Assembly: GCF_052425735.1 (NCBI RefSeq)
Contig: NC_135767.1
Span: 21,390,001-21,454,000 of the forward strand
DNA from: Oculina patagonica
Taxonomy: Eukaryota
DNA: 64,000 nucleotides
Direction: 5' to 3'
Shown here: positions 37,746 to 50,096 of the stretch, piece by piece
How the letters are laid out: each line of letters begins with the position of its first letter
How positions within the stretch are numbered: the first letter of the stretch is position 1
Made by a program: the position numbers and the translations under genes
The notes under the pieces: model-generated
Database searches by the model: none
What the model saw: the letters and a program-made list of their open reading frames with translations, nothing else
What the model was told of the DNA's origin: nothing

Positions 37746-39750
37746 ATTACTTCATAGAAAGTGCGACGTACGGATTTTTATTCACGAGTTGCAAAACTTT
37801 GTAAAACGAACGAGTGAGCGTAGCGAACGAGTGAGTTTTTCAAAGTTTTGAAACGAGTGAATAAAAATCCGTACAAAGCACTTTCTATGCTGTAATTTGT
37901 TTATTATATATATAACGAGAATTAAACATATTCTGCAAACCATTTATTTTTTCTCTACACTCACTCACTCACTCATCCTCATCGAGCCCATGAGGACTCT
38001 TGAGGCCGGATTTTTTCTCTACACCATAAGCTTACATACGTAAACTGAGCAAACAGTTCAAGACTGATCTAAACGACCGGGTGTAATAAAAACTGACAAG
38101 TCCGGCAACAAATTGAGATTATAAGCTTAAACATCACTTCATCAATTTCCCATTCAGAAAAAAACTTTAAAATACGGGAAAATTCGCTAATACAAAGAGT
38201 AAAATCTTTTAATCACTGTCGGATTCAATCAAATAATGGCGGCGCTTCGCGCTTTGCAAAGACAAATTTGGACTCTGTTGACTTACTGTTTACGGAAATG
38301 TTAAATGTCCCTCCTTGAATGTTTGCACCTTGGAAAAGAGATAAGGCTTGCTGAGGCGATTGCTGGCTGGTTCCGGAAGATATGCTGACCTCCTCGGTTT
38401 CTTGAATGGCCAGTGATCTTGAGGATGAAGTGCTAGCGCTCAAGATATTTCATCCCGCTGCTGTTTCTCCGAGAGTGAACTGTAATTGTTGAGGCTCTGA
38501 ACATTTTTATGCCCAGATATTTGCATGATATGAGTGGGAGGAACCTCTTTATCGTTCAGCTTTTGAATCATTCGCTTTCGGGCACTGTGGTTGGAAAGGT
38601 TTTCAGCATTCAAGCCAGCTTTTTCAGCCATTGTTTTCATGAGCGAACTCAATTTGTTGGAGCCCATCGGCGCTGCTTTGAACCAGGGTTTTGACGAGTT
38701 TGCTAGTTTGGTGTGGTTAATTGCCAAGTAAAACGGGCTGTCGTCTGACTTCATTTGCTCTGGCCTTTTGGAAGCATACAGGTGATAGGCTTGAAGAGGA
38801 TCTCTGTCACTGCCTGGAACAGAAAACATTTTCGGCTTAACTGGGCGAATATCTTTGGGCTCGGCACCGGTTCTTGTCTTTGTTTGTCGCTCGGTGTATT
38901 CAAGAAATTCGGCTCCATCTGCACTGGTTTTGAGTTGAACGTCGCCCCACTTCATGTCTCTATGCTCTTGGCATTCTCTCAGACCAACCAAAGTGCTGGG
39001 TGTTGTTCAACCATAAAGTGTTTAATAAGGACTCGGGAGACGAAAGACCCAAAAGATTTTTGCCGTAAAGAATATCGACTTCGTCGTCACTCAGAGCACG
39101 GGCAGCTTTGGTCTTGTTTCCTTTGCCAGCTTTCTTCAATTCCTTCTGCTTTGCAACGAGTGTTTCTCTGGTTTTTCTAAACTCGTGTCCGTCTATGATG
39201 GTTGTAGGATAGCCCTTCTTTCGTAAATAGCGGTCAAAGCTGGAAATAAACGACCTCAATGTTGTTGGCTCATATTCTCCTCCGTCCTTTTTCTTTACCT
39301 CCACGATGAATGCAGACAGTACTTCGTCAAGTTCTTTCGCTTCCAAGTTTTCAATCTCTTTATCAACTTGTTTCGCTCTTAAAAATTCTTTGAGCAAGGA
39401 GACATCCCGGTTTGTTTTACCCAAAGTGTTTTTGTTTGATTGCTCCTCAATAAAATCATCTAACGGCAATTCCAGAGGAACAAAACGTGAAGCCGAAGCC
39501 ATGTTTCCGAAACACAAACTTGCCGCTCGCTGTTCAACTTTGTTGGAAACCATTTGAGTGCGCGCGCTCTGATTGGCTGGGTCGTTCCACTCTAGATGCT
39601 GATTGGTTATATTTTTCACATGTGAAGAAAGCTATACGCGAAGCTGATTGGACGTATCGCTTTTCTCACATGTGAAAATATAGCATATAGAAATCTATTT
39701 GCAAGGTTTATTGCCCAAAATTCTCGCTATATATGTAATAAAAAACATTA
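37746..39750 (-). mobile_element. Crypton-like tyrosine-recombinase DNA transposon
   Basis: Recombinase ORF flanked by 24-bp inverted repeats at 37900-23 and 39719-42 (22/24 match), plus a ~150-bp terminal hairpin at 37746-37896; outer limits approximate. Confidence 0.8.
38225..39502 (-). pseudogene. DUF3504/KIAA1958-like tyrosine recombinase, two frameshifts
   Basis: KKKDGGEYEPTTL N-terminal domain; HFGLR (restored by removing the ACCA duplication at 38983-90), NHSAR, ISGHKN and LNNY give the catalytic R-H-R-H-Y set; second shift near 38450. Confidence 0.85.
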
Positions 39751-40173
39751 TTAACAGTACTAAAGTAAACAAGTCATGCATTGAGCCTTTAAAGTTACAT
39801 ATAAAATGCACATAAGCACTATGTTTATAGATGAAACATTACTACGCTTGTTCATATCTTGTCAGTGTTACGTTACCTAGGCCTTGGAGACAAGAAGTGT
39901 TGGAATTTTGTCATAATAACAAAAATGCTTAGAACGAAATAGTTGCATATAGAAAAACACCAATATAGGAAAAATAAAGTTGCGCTTGCTTTTAATACCA
40001 GTTGTGGTGTATGATCTATCTATTCTTCTGGATATTTTAACTGTTTACTCAAGTGAAAACTTTAGGTATACGAAAGGGTCACTTTTCCTGTAAAAAATGG
40101 TGCATGAAAAATTAAGGGTTTGGACTTCGGGATGGATCCTCCCCGTATGAAACTCTGTTGAGTAACAAAACAA

Positions 40174-40440
40174 GTGGCGCATCAGGCTGGAGTTTATCCT
40201 AGTTTCTGTAGCATAACGCGGCTAGGAATATTTCTTCTCCCCCTTGGATGGGATGCTAGTACATCGCAGGGTCACCCCCCGCCCAGGTGTAAATTCGCCG
40301 GTACCCAATTGCACACCTTGGTGAAGAGAGGGACTATGAGAGTAAAGTGTCTTGCCCAAGAACACAACCCAGTGCCCCGGCCAGGGCTCGAACCCGCACC
40401 GTTCGATCTGGAGTCCAACGAACTAACCGTTAGGCCACTG
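40174..40440 (-). mobile_element. tRNA-derived SINE
   Basis: Minus strand has A box TGGCCTAACGG and B box GGTTCGAGCCC, then ttgtgttcttgggcaagacactttactctc, resembling conserved animal SINE central domains. Confidence 0.8.
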
Positions 40441-41462
40441 AACGCAAGTTTATTGACGAGTTTAATTGTTCACCAAGGACAAACGAAAAGCCGGAGAAGG
40501 AAGTCAACTGAACAAGAACGATACAACAAGGCTAAAACATTAATTTACCATTGTTTATAGGTGACATCATAAACTACATTAAGGGCGGAATGCAAAACCT
40601 TGTATTCTTAGATTATTTGTTTGTACGTTTGACACACCGCGACGAAAGTGCTTGCAAAAGCCGCTTTATAGCGCGTGGGTAAAATTAAAGGTTTAGCCGG
40701 CGTTGTCTGAAGAACTCAACAAAAACCTCTAGAGATGCAGAGTTCTGTAGTTAAATCTTACGATTTATGTATTACTCTTCTGCGTAGCGTGTTAAATATA
40801 AGCCGAGTAGTAATTATAATTAGAGAAAAAAATAGATTTCTTGCCAACCGGCTTAAACGAGTGATTTTTTCAAAGCTTTGTGAAAGATTTGGAAAAAGTG
40901 ACAACTTACTTTCGAGGAAATGAAAGTATTCTGCTGTGCCAAAAATTAGTTTTTTTCTTTATCTTAGCGTGGGGTGATCTCATTTATTGATTAAGGTAAT
41001 TATAAGCTATTAATATAAGGCGCCAAAAGTGTTTCTATCCTGCAGTGATAAATTAATCTTCCTCATTTGTATGACTGAAAAGGGTAATATTTATAGTTTT
41101 AAACAAAACTGGTGCATGTATGCATTGCAAATGATGTGGTCGCATTTTTTCCTAACCTCTGCGTGGGTTCAACGGCTTATAAAGGTAATTAAAATTACAG
41201 TTTTTTGAACAAAGCGCTAGAAGTAAATGGATATTTCCTAGCCTGCTGTTAAAAAGTGATACTCACAGGATCAAATTAATATTTGATGTAGTTTGTTGGC
41301 AACATTGCAAATAGAAGATCAGACACTACCGGCTATTTACAGGTGTCCATTCTTGTGCTAATAAGACCTGATAAAAACAGTTTCAACTGCTACAGCAAAA
41401 CAAACTGACTTGCTATCACTTAACTCAAGAATCTGTTAGAGTTAGAAAAGTGCGTAAATAAG

Positions 41463-42632
41463 ATGAATTTTACATGCAACGCGTCACTGGCCAATATAAG
41501 CCTCAATTCTTCAAATGAGCTAAATCACAGTACATCTGGTAATAATTCAGTCTGCAGTAAGGCTTCCGCTGAATCAGCAAGGGCGACCAACCCGTATGAA
41601 GATTTTTACAAAGCCGCTTTCGGTTCCTCCATCTTCATCTTCGTGGTGTCGCTCACGACCATCCTAGCAAATGGTTTCCTTCTATTCGTCTTCTACCGCG
41701 ACCCACTTAAAATCTTCCGCAACGCAACAACATATTTTCTCATCAGTTTGGCCATAGTCGATTTACTAACAGCACTCAGTGTAGAACCCATTAACGCCAC
41801 TTGTTTCATGTTGCTGTACTTTCAGCATCCTTCTACAAAGAAGTGCCGCCCTTTCATGAACGCTGGAAGGTATTTTTCCGCTTCTACGATGACGGCATCG
41901 TTCCTGATCGTCTTCTTCTTTACCGTGACCCAGTACATCGTAGTTTCATCGCCTCTAAAGTACGGCCGCTTGATTACAAAGAAGAAAGTCTTGATCTGCG
42001 TTTCGGTCATCTATCTTTACTCAGCAACGTTCTGGTGCCTGCATTTGATGGGTGTGTCTCCGTATGTCCAGGATGTCATGGAACTCTTTATCCACAGTTA
42101 TCTATTGGCCATTGTCACTATCGTTTTCTACATACTCTTGCATCTTGCCATGAGAAAGAAGATGGCAGCAGGAAAATCGCTTGAAGGTCAATCTGGGAAA
42201 CGAGAAGGCGGTAAGCACATCCAAGTGCAGCGCAATTTTGTTCGCGTGAATTTCATGCTTCTATCCGTGTTGATTGTATGTAACATGCCGGCAGCTGTCA
42301 TATGGACGATAAGACTGTTCATAGAAGACAGCAAATCCCTTCCTTCCGCGAAGATCCTGATTGGAAACCTGATGGTTGATAACGTGCTCTATATGAAATT
42401 TCTGTTAGATCCATTTGTGTACGCTTGGCGCATGCCGAAGTACCGAGAATCCCTCAACAAACTTATTTGTCGCAGAAATATCGGCGGGGAATCGAGTCGA
42501 AATGGAAACAACAACATGTTAGCAGTTGAAGAGGTTCGTGATGGCGGGTTGTCAACAGTGGAATTGAACAAATCGGCGATAACTTTACTAAGCTTTAAAT
42601 ATATCGAGGAGTCGAACGTTCCCATTGAGTGA
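41463..42632 (+). CDS. Atypical class A GPCR copy 10 (subfamily A), 389 aa
   Basis: Intact 7TM ORF; body like copy 9, tail like copy 1. Confidence 0.93.
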   Translation: MNFTCNASLANISLNSSNELNHSTSGNNSVCSKASAESARATNPYEDFYKAAFGSSIFIFVVSLTTILANGFLLFVFYRDPLKIFRNATTYFLISLAIVDLLTALSVEPINATCFMLLYFQHPSTKKCRPFMNAGRYFSASTMTASFLIVFFFTVTQYIVVSSPLKYGRLITKKKVLICVSVIYLYSATFWCLHLMGVSPYVQDVMELFIHSYLLAIVTIVFYILLHLAMRKKMAAGKSLEGQSGKREGGKHIQVQRNFVRVNFMLLSVLIVCNMPAAVIWTIRLFIEDSKSLPSAKILIGNLMVDNVLYMKFLLDPFVYAWRMPKYRESLNKLICRRNIGGESSRNGNNNMLAVEEVRDGGLSTVELNKSAITLLSFKYIEESNVPIE

Positions 42633-42926
42633 CTGTTCATAGACGGTTATCTAGATTCTTTCGCGCAAAATGTTCTGATTGCAAACCCTATGGTAGATAA
42701 CGTGCTCTACATGAAATTCCTGTTAGACTCGTTTGTGTACGCGTGGCGCATGCCGAAGTACCGAGAGGCGTTTTATAAAAGCATCCGCCGCAAAGGAACT
42801 GGCAGAAGGTCGAATGACGACACCAGCACTAGTGCAGGAAGAGTAACCCCACAAGTGGCGTTCTCAAGCGTACCACCAAACAGATCAATTGTAATTTTGC
42901 TGAGTTTTAAAAGCCTACAAGAATAA
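42633..42926 (+). pseudogene. Second ECL3-TM7-tail module, in frame after the copy 10 stop
   Basis: LFIDGYLDSFAQNVLIANPMVDNVLYMKFLLDSFVYAWRMPKYREAFYKSIRRKG...ILLSFKSLQE*; the tail matches copy 9. Confidence 0.88.
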
Positions 42927-44024
42927 AACTCTTCCTGAGACTGGAGTGACTCACACAAAAAAGCGACGAAGATGCTCTTCAGAGATCTAACAAGACTCCT
43001 GAACCCATATTTTTGAGGAAGCCTCAAGCCTAGTTATAACCGTAAGAGGTCCCAAGGTAGACTCTTTTGTTGATGAGTACATTTCGATAATATTTTACCA
43101 AGAGCCACATCGAGAGAAAAAGAAATTGTTATTTTGCTTTTAAATCTTGGCCACTGTTTCATGTTTATTTTCTGCTTAAGGTGTAGTCTGACAGGTACTA
43201 TAATATCAACCTGAGGAGCAAAGTGTCCCCGGTGATTTTAAAGTTATCTTATTTACATGTATATGACATTTAAGCAATAATAATGATTTTTCCGAAAAGG
43301 TTTCGAGAACATTTTGTTGTGTTAGTTGTTTGGACACGTGACTTGGAGTTTCGGAGGCAAAGATCGAATATGGAAGACTTTTTTAAATGGATTGCGCCAC
43401 TTTGGCGTCATAATTCGCAATAGATTGTCACTAAAAGAAACATTTTTTCTTAATACACCATACAGGTTTGATTGTTTGTTTGTGAATAGCTTTGGAGATA
43501 CATGGGGGAACTTTGTGGCGCTCCCTCCCTCCCCTAAGTCCACTGTTTTACGGTGTCGAAGATATCCGTCAAATTTCCACCAAAAAGCTCACGAACAAAA
43601 AAAATACCAGTCTTAATAGGCTCATGCAGCGTTACCTTGAAAATTTAAAATGACACATTAACGCGGCACCAAATGATTTTCAACCCCTAAGGGGTGCGAC
43701 GGACATCCCATCTGTACTAAATATAGCCCCTCCCTTTGGGATTTCTTTGTACCTTGAATCAGTATCTATAACACTGTCTACGTTCGCCTGGAAACCTGAT
43801 TATATAGTTGGCTGAAACCAATGGAGATGCAAATTGAATTCATGGCAGTTTATTTGACCAATTACAGTGCCATAAAAATGGCTTTTCATTCTTAGGTTTA
43901 GTGTAAAACAACCTTAATTCGTTTGAAATGTATTACATATTAATTAGGAATGCTACACGTATAATATTTATTGCAGTGTCATTACTGAACGTCGAGGGTG
44001 CTAAAAATAACTGCTTTTAGAACT

Positions 44025-44172
44025 NNNNNNNNNNNNNNNNNNNNNNNNNNNNNNNNNNNNNNNNNNNNNNNNNNNNNNNNNNNNNNNNNNNNNNNNNNNN
44101 NNNNNNNNNNNNNNNNNNNNNNNNNNNNNNNNNNNNNNNNNNNNNNNNNNNNNNNNNNNNNNNNNNNNNNNN
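44025..44172. other. Assembly gap
   Basis: N run. Confidence 1.
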
Positions 44173-45304
44173 AAGTATGTAATTAGCAGATGACCTCCAG
44201 AATATTTACGGATGAAACATAGCTCTACCTGTACACATAATCAAGATTTATTTCACCTCACTGTCAAGATCAGGAGGTGGTCATGACTCCCCTGAATCTT
44301 GAACTATCCTGTTGTAGTCAGATAAAAATATAATAAAAATAAACAAGTTCATAGAGATTAACCTTGCTTCTACAGTTTCTCTACATGTTCCTAGAAAGGG
44401 TGGAATGTTGGTGCTTAAACGTTTGATAATTTTTGCCTGAGGGTATTATAATGGCCGCTAACCCTGTTGATCCCGCCATTGCTTGAGGTTTGGAGCGAAC
44501 TAAAAGCGATGACCCTCTCTCTTCACCCGTTAATTCCGCCAATCTCCTAACGGTTTGTTTGTCGAATTTTTTAAGAGTGTTGGAGCCTCTTTTGCGCTAG
44601 CCTAAGACAGTGTTCCGTCGCCAGGTGTTTGAACGAAGTGAAATAACCTTCAACTCCAATCGTCCGGGGTAAAAGCGATAAAAAAGTTTTTCAGACCCAT
44701 ACTCGTGTTTTAATCTGCAAAGCAGCAATATTAGTTTGCCATTCTGTTTATTTCATGGGAGTTTAACTTCTCAATACTTCGTACAATACAGATCCAATAC
44801 ACAAATGGTCGAAGCCCTCTTTTTGCTCGCATCAACTTAAAGTGGATGTGTATGCAATACTTCTCAAAAGCCACGGGACATTATCATTTTGCCGACAGGA
44901 TGAAAAGAAATTTTCTTTCCTCTGGGAGAGGTGGTAAAAAAACCTTTAATTTATAACAGTCTCCCTATTTGACTACAAGAACGTACTAGGCTTCAGATCT
45001 CATCTCTTGCTGAGTTAGGGCAATTATTTATCCGCTTTTGAAATTAAAAAATTACTCGACAAATAAAAGACCAAAGGACCAATTAGAGAATGGTTGCAAA
45101 TTATACTGAGCCATTTGGCCAATTATTAGCTTATTAGTTTTCTTGCTAAAAACACCTGGGCCCGCAGTGCTATGACCAACACGATGAACAAATAACAAGA
45201 TAAATTAATTTCTTCCTGATAAAAAATGCTCTTTTCTTCAATTCAAGGAAACTGAGAGAGCGCTAAACCTGTGCTTGTAAAATACATTTTACTCAAGAAG
45301 AAAA

Positions 45305-46243
45305 ATGGCGAATTGGACTGTAAACGAAAACCTTTACAAAGTTCGACTTTGCACGGAAGCTCTTGCGCAAGGAATGCTGGAAAATATAACTTTTTCAGTA
45401 TTGAATATTCTCCTTTCCATCGCAGCAGTTTTAGGGAATGCTTTAATTCTTGTCGCCCTTCAGAAGGAGTCATCTCTTCACTCGCCATCGAAGCTTTTAT
45501 TTCGTTGCCTGGCAAGCACGGATCTCTGTGTTGGGCTTATTCCACAACCTTTCTACGTTGTACACTTGCTGGCTTTGGCCAAAAAACATTGGAACCTCTG
45601 CTACTTAGGTTTTGTCGTAACTAGTGTGTCTGGCACGGTATTTAGTGGTGTTTCATTGATAACATTAACTGCCATAAGTATAGACAGACTCCTCGCACTG
45701 TTGTTGAGGCTCAGATACAGACAAGTTGTCACTTTAAAGCGAGTGCGGATATTAGTTGCTTTTTGTTGGCTTTCCTGCTTTGCTATCGGATCGTCTCTTG
45801 CCTTAAACTCGGCTGTAGTAGCACGCGTTGTTTCTGTTATGCTGATACTGTGTATAGTAACCTCAAGCTTCTGTTATTTAAAGATGTATCACACCCTTCG
45901 CCGTCACCAGACGCAAGTACACGATCATGTTCAACAAGGACAACCGAACGAAGGAGGGAGTACTTTAAACATGGCACGATACAGAAAAACAGTGTCCACA
46001 GCATTGTGGCTACAAATGACATTACTTGTTTGTTATCTTCCGTATTATATAACAATTGCTGTAGCAGGAACTTTTATTGGGCTTAAAAAGGAACTGCCTC
46101 TAGCTACTAACATTGCTTTTAAATTGACAATTACTCCCGTGTTTTTAAACTCGTCTCTAAACCCGATTCTTTACTGCTGGAAACTTAGAGAAGTAAGGCA
46201 AGCGGTGAAGAATACGATCAGGCAGTTGTTTTCATTCTCATAG
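45305..46243 (+). CDS. Canonical class A GPCR of a different family (adenosine/melanocortin-receptor-like orphan), 312 aa
   Basis: LGN, LASTD, SIDRL, W4.50, CYLP, NSSLNPILY. Confidence 0.92.
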   Translation: MANWTVNENLYKVRLCTEALAQGMLENITFSVLNILLSIAAVLGNALILVALQKESSLHSPSKLLFRCLASTDLCVGLIPQPFYVVHLLALAKKHWNLCYLGFVVTSVSGTVFSGVSLITLTAISIDRLLALLLRLRYRQVVTLKRVRILVAFCWLSCFAIGSSLALNSAVVARVVSVMLILCIVTSSFCYLKMYHTLRRHQTQVHDHVQQGQPNEGGSTLNMARYRKTVSTALWLQMTLLVCYLPYYITIAVAGTFIGLKKELPLATNIAFKLTITPVFLNSSLNPILYCWKLREVRQAVKNTIRQLFSFS

Positions 46244-46865
46244 TTAGCTGCTAACAAAAAAATATCATGATAAAGTGAATACCTTTTGTAGATCTGAGTG
46301 GAGTGATTAAAAATCTCAGTCTACAATTTGAAGGTGTGTTGTTTCTGATGGCTGCAACAAGCTGATTCTGAAAATAAAATCTAATTTTAATTAGATTATC
46401 TAGATTATTAGATTATCAGTTATGGGTATTTACTATATACCTCATGGAAAGAAAGACTTAAATGATTCACAGCTAATAAGTGAAAAATTACGAAGGAAAT
46501 TTTATATAAATTGTCTGTATTTCAAGCAAAGCGAAGGACTTGGTTGTAAGGCATCAAAATTAAGTCGCTCTTTAGAGCTGTTGTTTCGGCCTTTCTAGTT
46601 TGCCCAGAATCAAATTGCTTAATCCTCATTTTTGTTTGAACAATGTTTTTCGAAAAGGAAATTTGGAATTGTGTGTGAATTCATCTTTTAATTCCGTAAG
46701 TAGAGAATAAACACTATATATTAAAACATTGTGACTAAGGTATTGCAAGGAAATTAAATTTTATTAAAACTAATGGTAAAATGAACCATGACATCCGTTA
46801 GAATAATTATGTATACTTTTGAAGATGCAAAACCTATGGGGTTATTCCTTAAATATAACACAATG

Positions 46866-47040
46866 TAGCCTGCGCAGCTGGCGGTTTTGTTTGGGTTAAC
46901 GCGCGGGCGAAACCGCGACAACGAGCGGCGAAGCCGTAAGTGGCCTTGAGAGAAGAAATTCTTCTCCCTAAGGCCCTCGCGGCTTCGCGGCTTGCTCGTG
47001 CGCGCGTTTACCCAAACGAAACCGTCAGCTACGCAGGCTA
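46866..47040. mobile_element. Palindromic MITE, TAG...CTA ends, 9-bp TSD (AcademH- or MULE-like)
   Basis: AACACAATG at 46857-65 and 47041-49; TIRs TAGCCTGCGCAGCTGGCGGTTT / AAACCGTCAGCTACGCAGGCTA. Confidence 0.88.
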
Positions 47041-48204
47041 AACACAATGTCACAGTAGGTTTGTACTTTGTGTTTAACGGTTTCACATAACATTGATTGG
47101 TTTTGATCAGTGCTTTCAAAATAAATTAAAAACCAAGTATGTAGTGTTTGAAATAGGTATAAGTAATTACTACAGCTATATTTGAATTTTGAAGTAATAT
47201 TAATTTTCAACGTTATTGGAAAACGTGAGCCACTTGACGGCAAAATTATGTAGGAAAAAATGTTCTTCGACCATGTTAGAGTAATTAGGTCGGAAACATT
47301 TTTCGATCTTCCGATAGCATTCGAAAAATACAAAAGCCCTCTTATAAAGCTTAGGTCTTCGAATAATCTTCCCTATCATTGGGAAATGTCTTCGAGTCAA
47401 CTTGGAGTTTTTGGAAGTTCTCGGGCAATCTTCGGTATCTTCACAGTAATTTTCCTGCAAGGGGGACTTATTATAGCTGGCCTGGAGATACAGATCTTTT
47501 TAATATGCTGATATATTCCCGCAACAGTTACTGTGGAATTTCGGTACTAAATATACGTATGCACCAGGAAATAATTTTCTCTCGACTGTCATTTGTAGGG
47601 ATCAATAACCAAAGCCAGAGCGTAGCGAGTTCTTGATTGAGTTCACGGCACTAAAAATTGTTTCCCGGCAACAACGCTCGTAGTTCTTTGTCCCAGTAAT
47701 CTTATCTTATTTATCGTGAGATTTTTGATACTGTTAAAAAGTTATGAATGACAAGTTTAATGTGAGGAAATCCCATCCAATTCTCTTGGGTCTACTAAAA
47801 GATGCAGAAGATCGTCATCAAAAACAGGAATGTTAAATATTTATCAAGGAAGGAGGTTTTAAAGTACATTGTTTACGCGACCTACTACACCTAGAAAATT
47901 CTAAATGTGACATGTTTCTACGATTCATGAAATGATTAACTCGAGAAGGAAAAAAGTCATTGTTAACATCTTCATTTATGTATGATAGTTTGTAAGTTGC
48001 AGTGTTATTTTAATTAAAAACAAAAACCAATCAAATTAGGTAGTAAAAATACCTATGGTCTTTCAAGTTCGTTGGGGAGATTCCTATTTTATTTAGGACA
48101 AAAGAAGCAAAAAAAGCACCGAGTTGGTAAATCACAAGTCGTGTCATGCGGTAACTCATTAACACTGTATTTCAAAATGTGACCTTCATTATTCTTAAGT
48201 CAAA

Positions 48205-48610
48205 GTTTGACCTTAATTATATTCTTGAGAACCAACCAGATGAACACGAAATTTCCAGCTATTTCAAATAAATATCGCTTCTTCATCTCAACATGAACCG
48301 ATTGTAACTGTAAATGTGAAGCACCAAAAGTAATTTGACCTCTTTGTCATTCTTGAGAACTAACCAGATGGACATAAAACTCCATATTGTGCCAAATAAA
48401 TTTTTGTTTCCTTATCTCAGTGTAAGTTGACCCCCCTTACGATAATTGATATTGTAACTGTCAATATAAAGCACCAAAATTAAGTTGATATCTACATTGG
48501 CCTTGGGAATTAACCAGATGACACCAAAACATTATTCCCTATTATGCCAAATAACTGGTTTCTTAACTGGCACTGAAATAGTCAGAATCGGTAATATAAA
48601 GCACCAAAAA
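48205..48610. repeat. Three degenerate ~130-150-bp tandem units upstream of copy 11
   Basis: Recurring cttgagaac-aaccagatg and aagcaccaaaa. Confidence 0.7.
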
Positions 48611-49000
48611 AGAGTGATATTTTTCTAACTCATAAAGCTGGCTGTAAACGTGCATAAACAAGACGACAGAAGTATATAAAGAAAAAGGGGTACAATACTT
48701 GTGAAGCACATAACAAATTTAATTTGATTACTTATACAAGAAGAATGTATTCATTAATTAATTGTCTTCAAGAAGAAAGTTGAAAATGTAGAAAGCCGTT
48801 AATTGAAAATTGTGAACTCATGTCACTGACCAAATATAATTTCGCTACAGTGCTTTCTTTTTGTCGCCAGGTGTTTCTCTTCATTTGGCTCAATATAAAC
48901 GCTTGGCCAAATTTCACTTGACATAGTTTCCAAGTTTGAGTGACCTGCCAGCGCCCGGATTGGCTTAAGAAGTCTTCCACTCGTAAAAACCTCGTCCAAG

Positions 49001-50096
49001 ATGAACCTTACATGTAACAACTCCTTAAACGGCCAGCAATTCTTCAGTTTGCGCCCAGACACCGCCGATCAACCCGTTTGAGGATTTTTTCAAGGCCGCT
49101 TTCGGCTCTGCCATCTTCATGTTCGTGGTTTCGTTTATCACAGTTCTAGCCAACAGCCTTCTTCTTCTCATTCTCTGCATCGACCCACTGAAAATCTTCC
49201 GCAACCCAACCACGTATTTCCTCATCGGTTTGGCCATAGTCGACTTACTAACAGGACTGGTTCAAGAACCCATATACGCCACTTGTTTCATGTTCTCATA
49301 CTATCAACATCCCTCGATGGCCAAATGTAAACCATATATGGAGTTTGCATATTACTTCGCAACGTTCTCTATAACGGTATCTTTGATAATCGTTTTCGCC
49401 TTTACTGTGACGCAGTACATCGTGGTTGCATCGCCTCTAAAGTACGGCCGCTTGGTGACAAAGAAGAAAGTCTTAATTAGCGTCATGTTAATCTATGTCT
49501 ACAGTGCCATCTTCTCTTGCCTGACTTTGATGGGTGTTTCAGAAAAAGTTCACGAGGCCATAACATTGTTCCTTCACAGCTATGCAGTGGTCCTGGTCAC
49601 CATCGTTTTCTACATTCTTCTGCATTACACCATGAAAAGGAAAATGGCGGCAGCGAACTCTCTTCAAAACGAAAGTACATCCCGTCAGGGAAGTAAACAT
49701 ACTGAAGTGCAACGGAACTTCGTGCGGTTGAACGTTATCCTCTTAATTGTGCTGATTGTGTGTTTCGTGCCTACGATGATTATGATGACAATAAGACTGT
49801 ACATGGGTGATTATCTAAATCCTTCTGCAGTACCTGTTCTGATTGCAAATTTGATGACAGATAACCTGCATTACCTGAAGTTCCTGTTAGACCCGTTCGT
49901 GTACGCGTGGCGCATGCCGAAGTATCGGGAATCTCTCAGCAAAGTTGTTTGCTGCAAAAATATCGGTAAGAAATCGAGTCGAAATGGAAATAAAAGCATG
50001 TCGACAACAGCATTTAATGTTAGTGAATCAACAACTACAGAACTGAACAAATCGACAATAACTTTGCTCAGCTTTAAAAATGTCCCCACGGACTAA
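49001..50096 (+). pseudogene. Atypical class A GPCR copy 11 (subfamily A), single N-terminal frameshift
   Basis: ATG 49001 (MNLTCNNS) is out of frame with ORF 49119-50096. Removing one base near 49031 gives MNLTCNNSLNASNSSVCAQTPPINPFEDF. Confidence 0.75.

Noticed and set aside
38440-39619. Programmed frameshift or prophage integrase
   Set aside because: An exact 4-bp duplication explains the shift, no slippery site is seen and no phage genes are present.
40370-40440. tRNA gene
   Set aside because: A and B boxes lead into a SINE body; no convincing cloverleaf.
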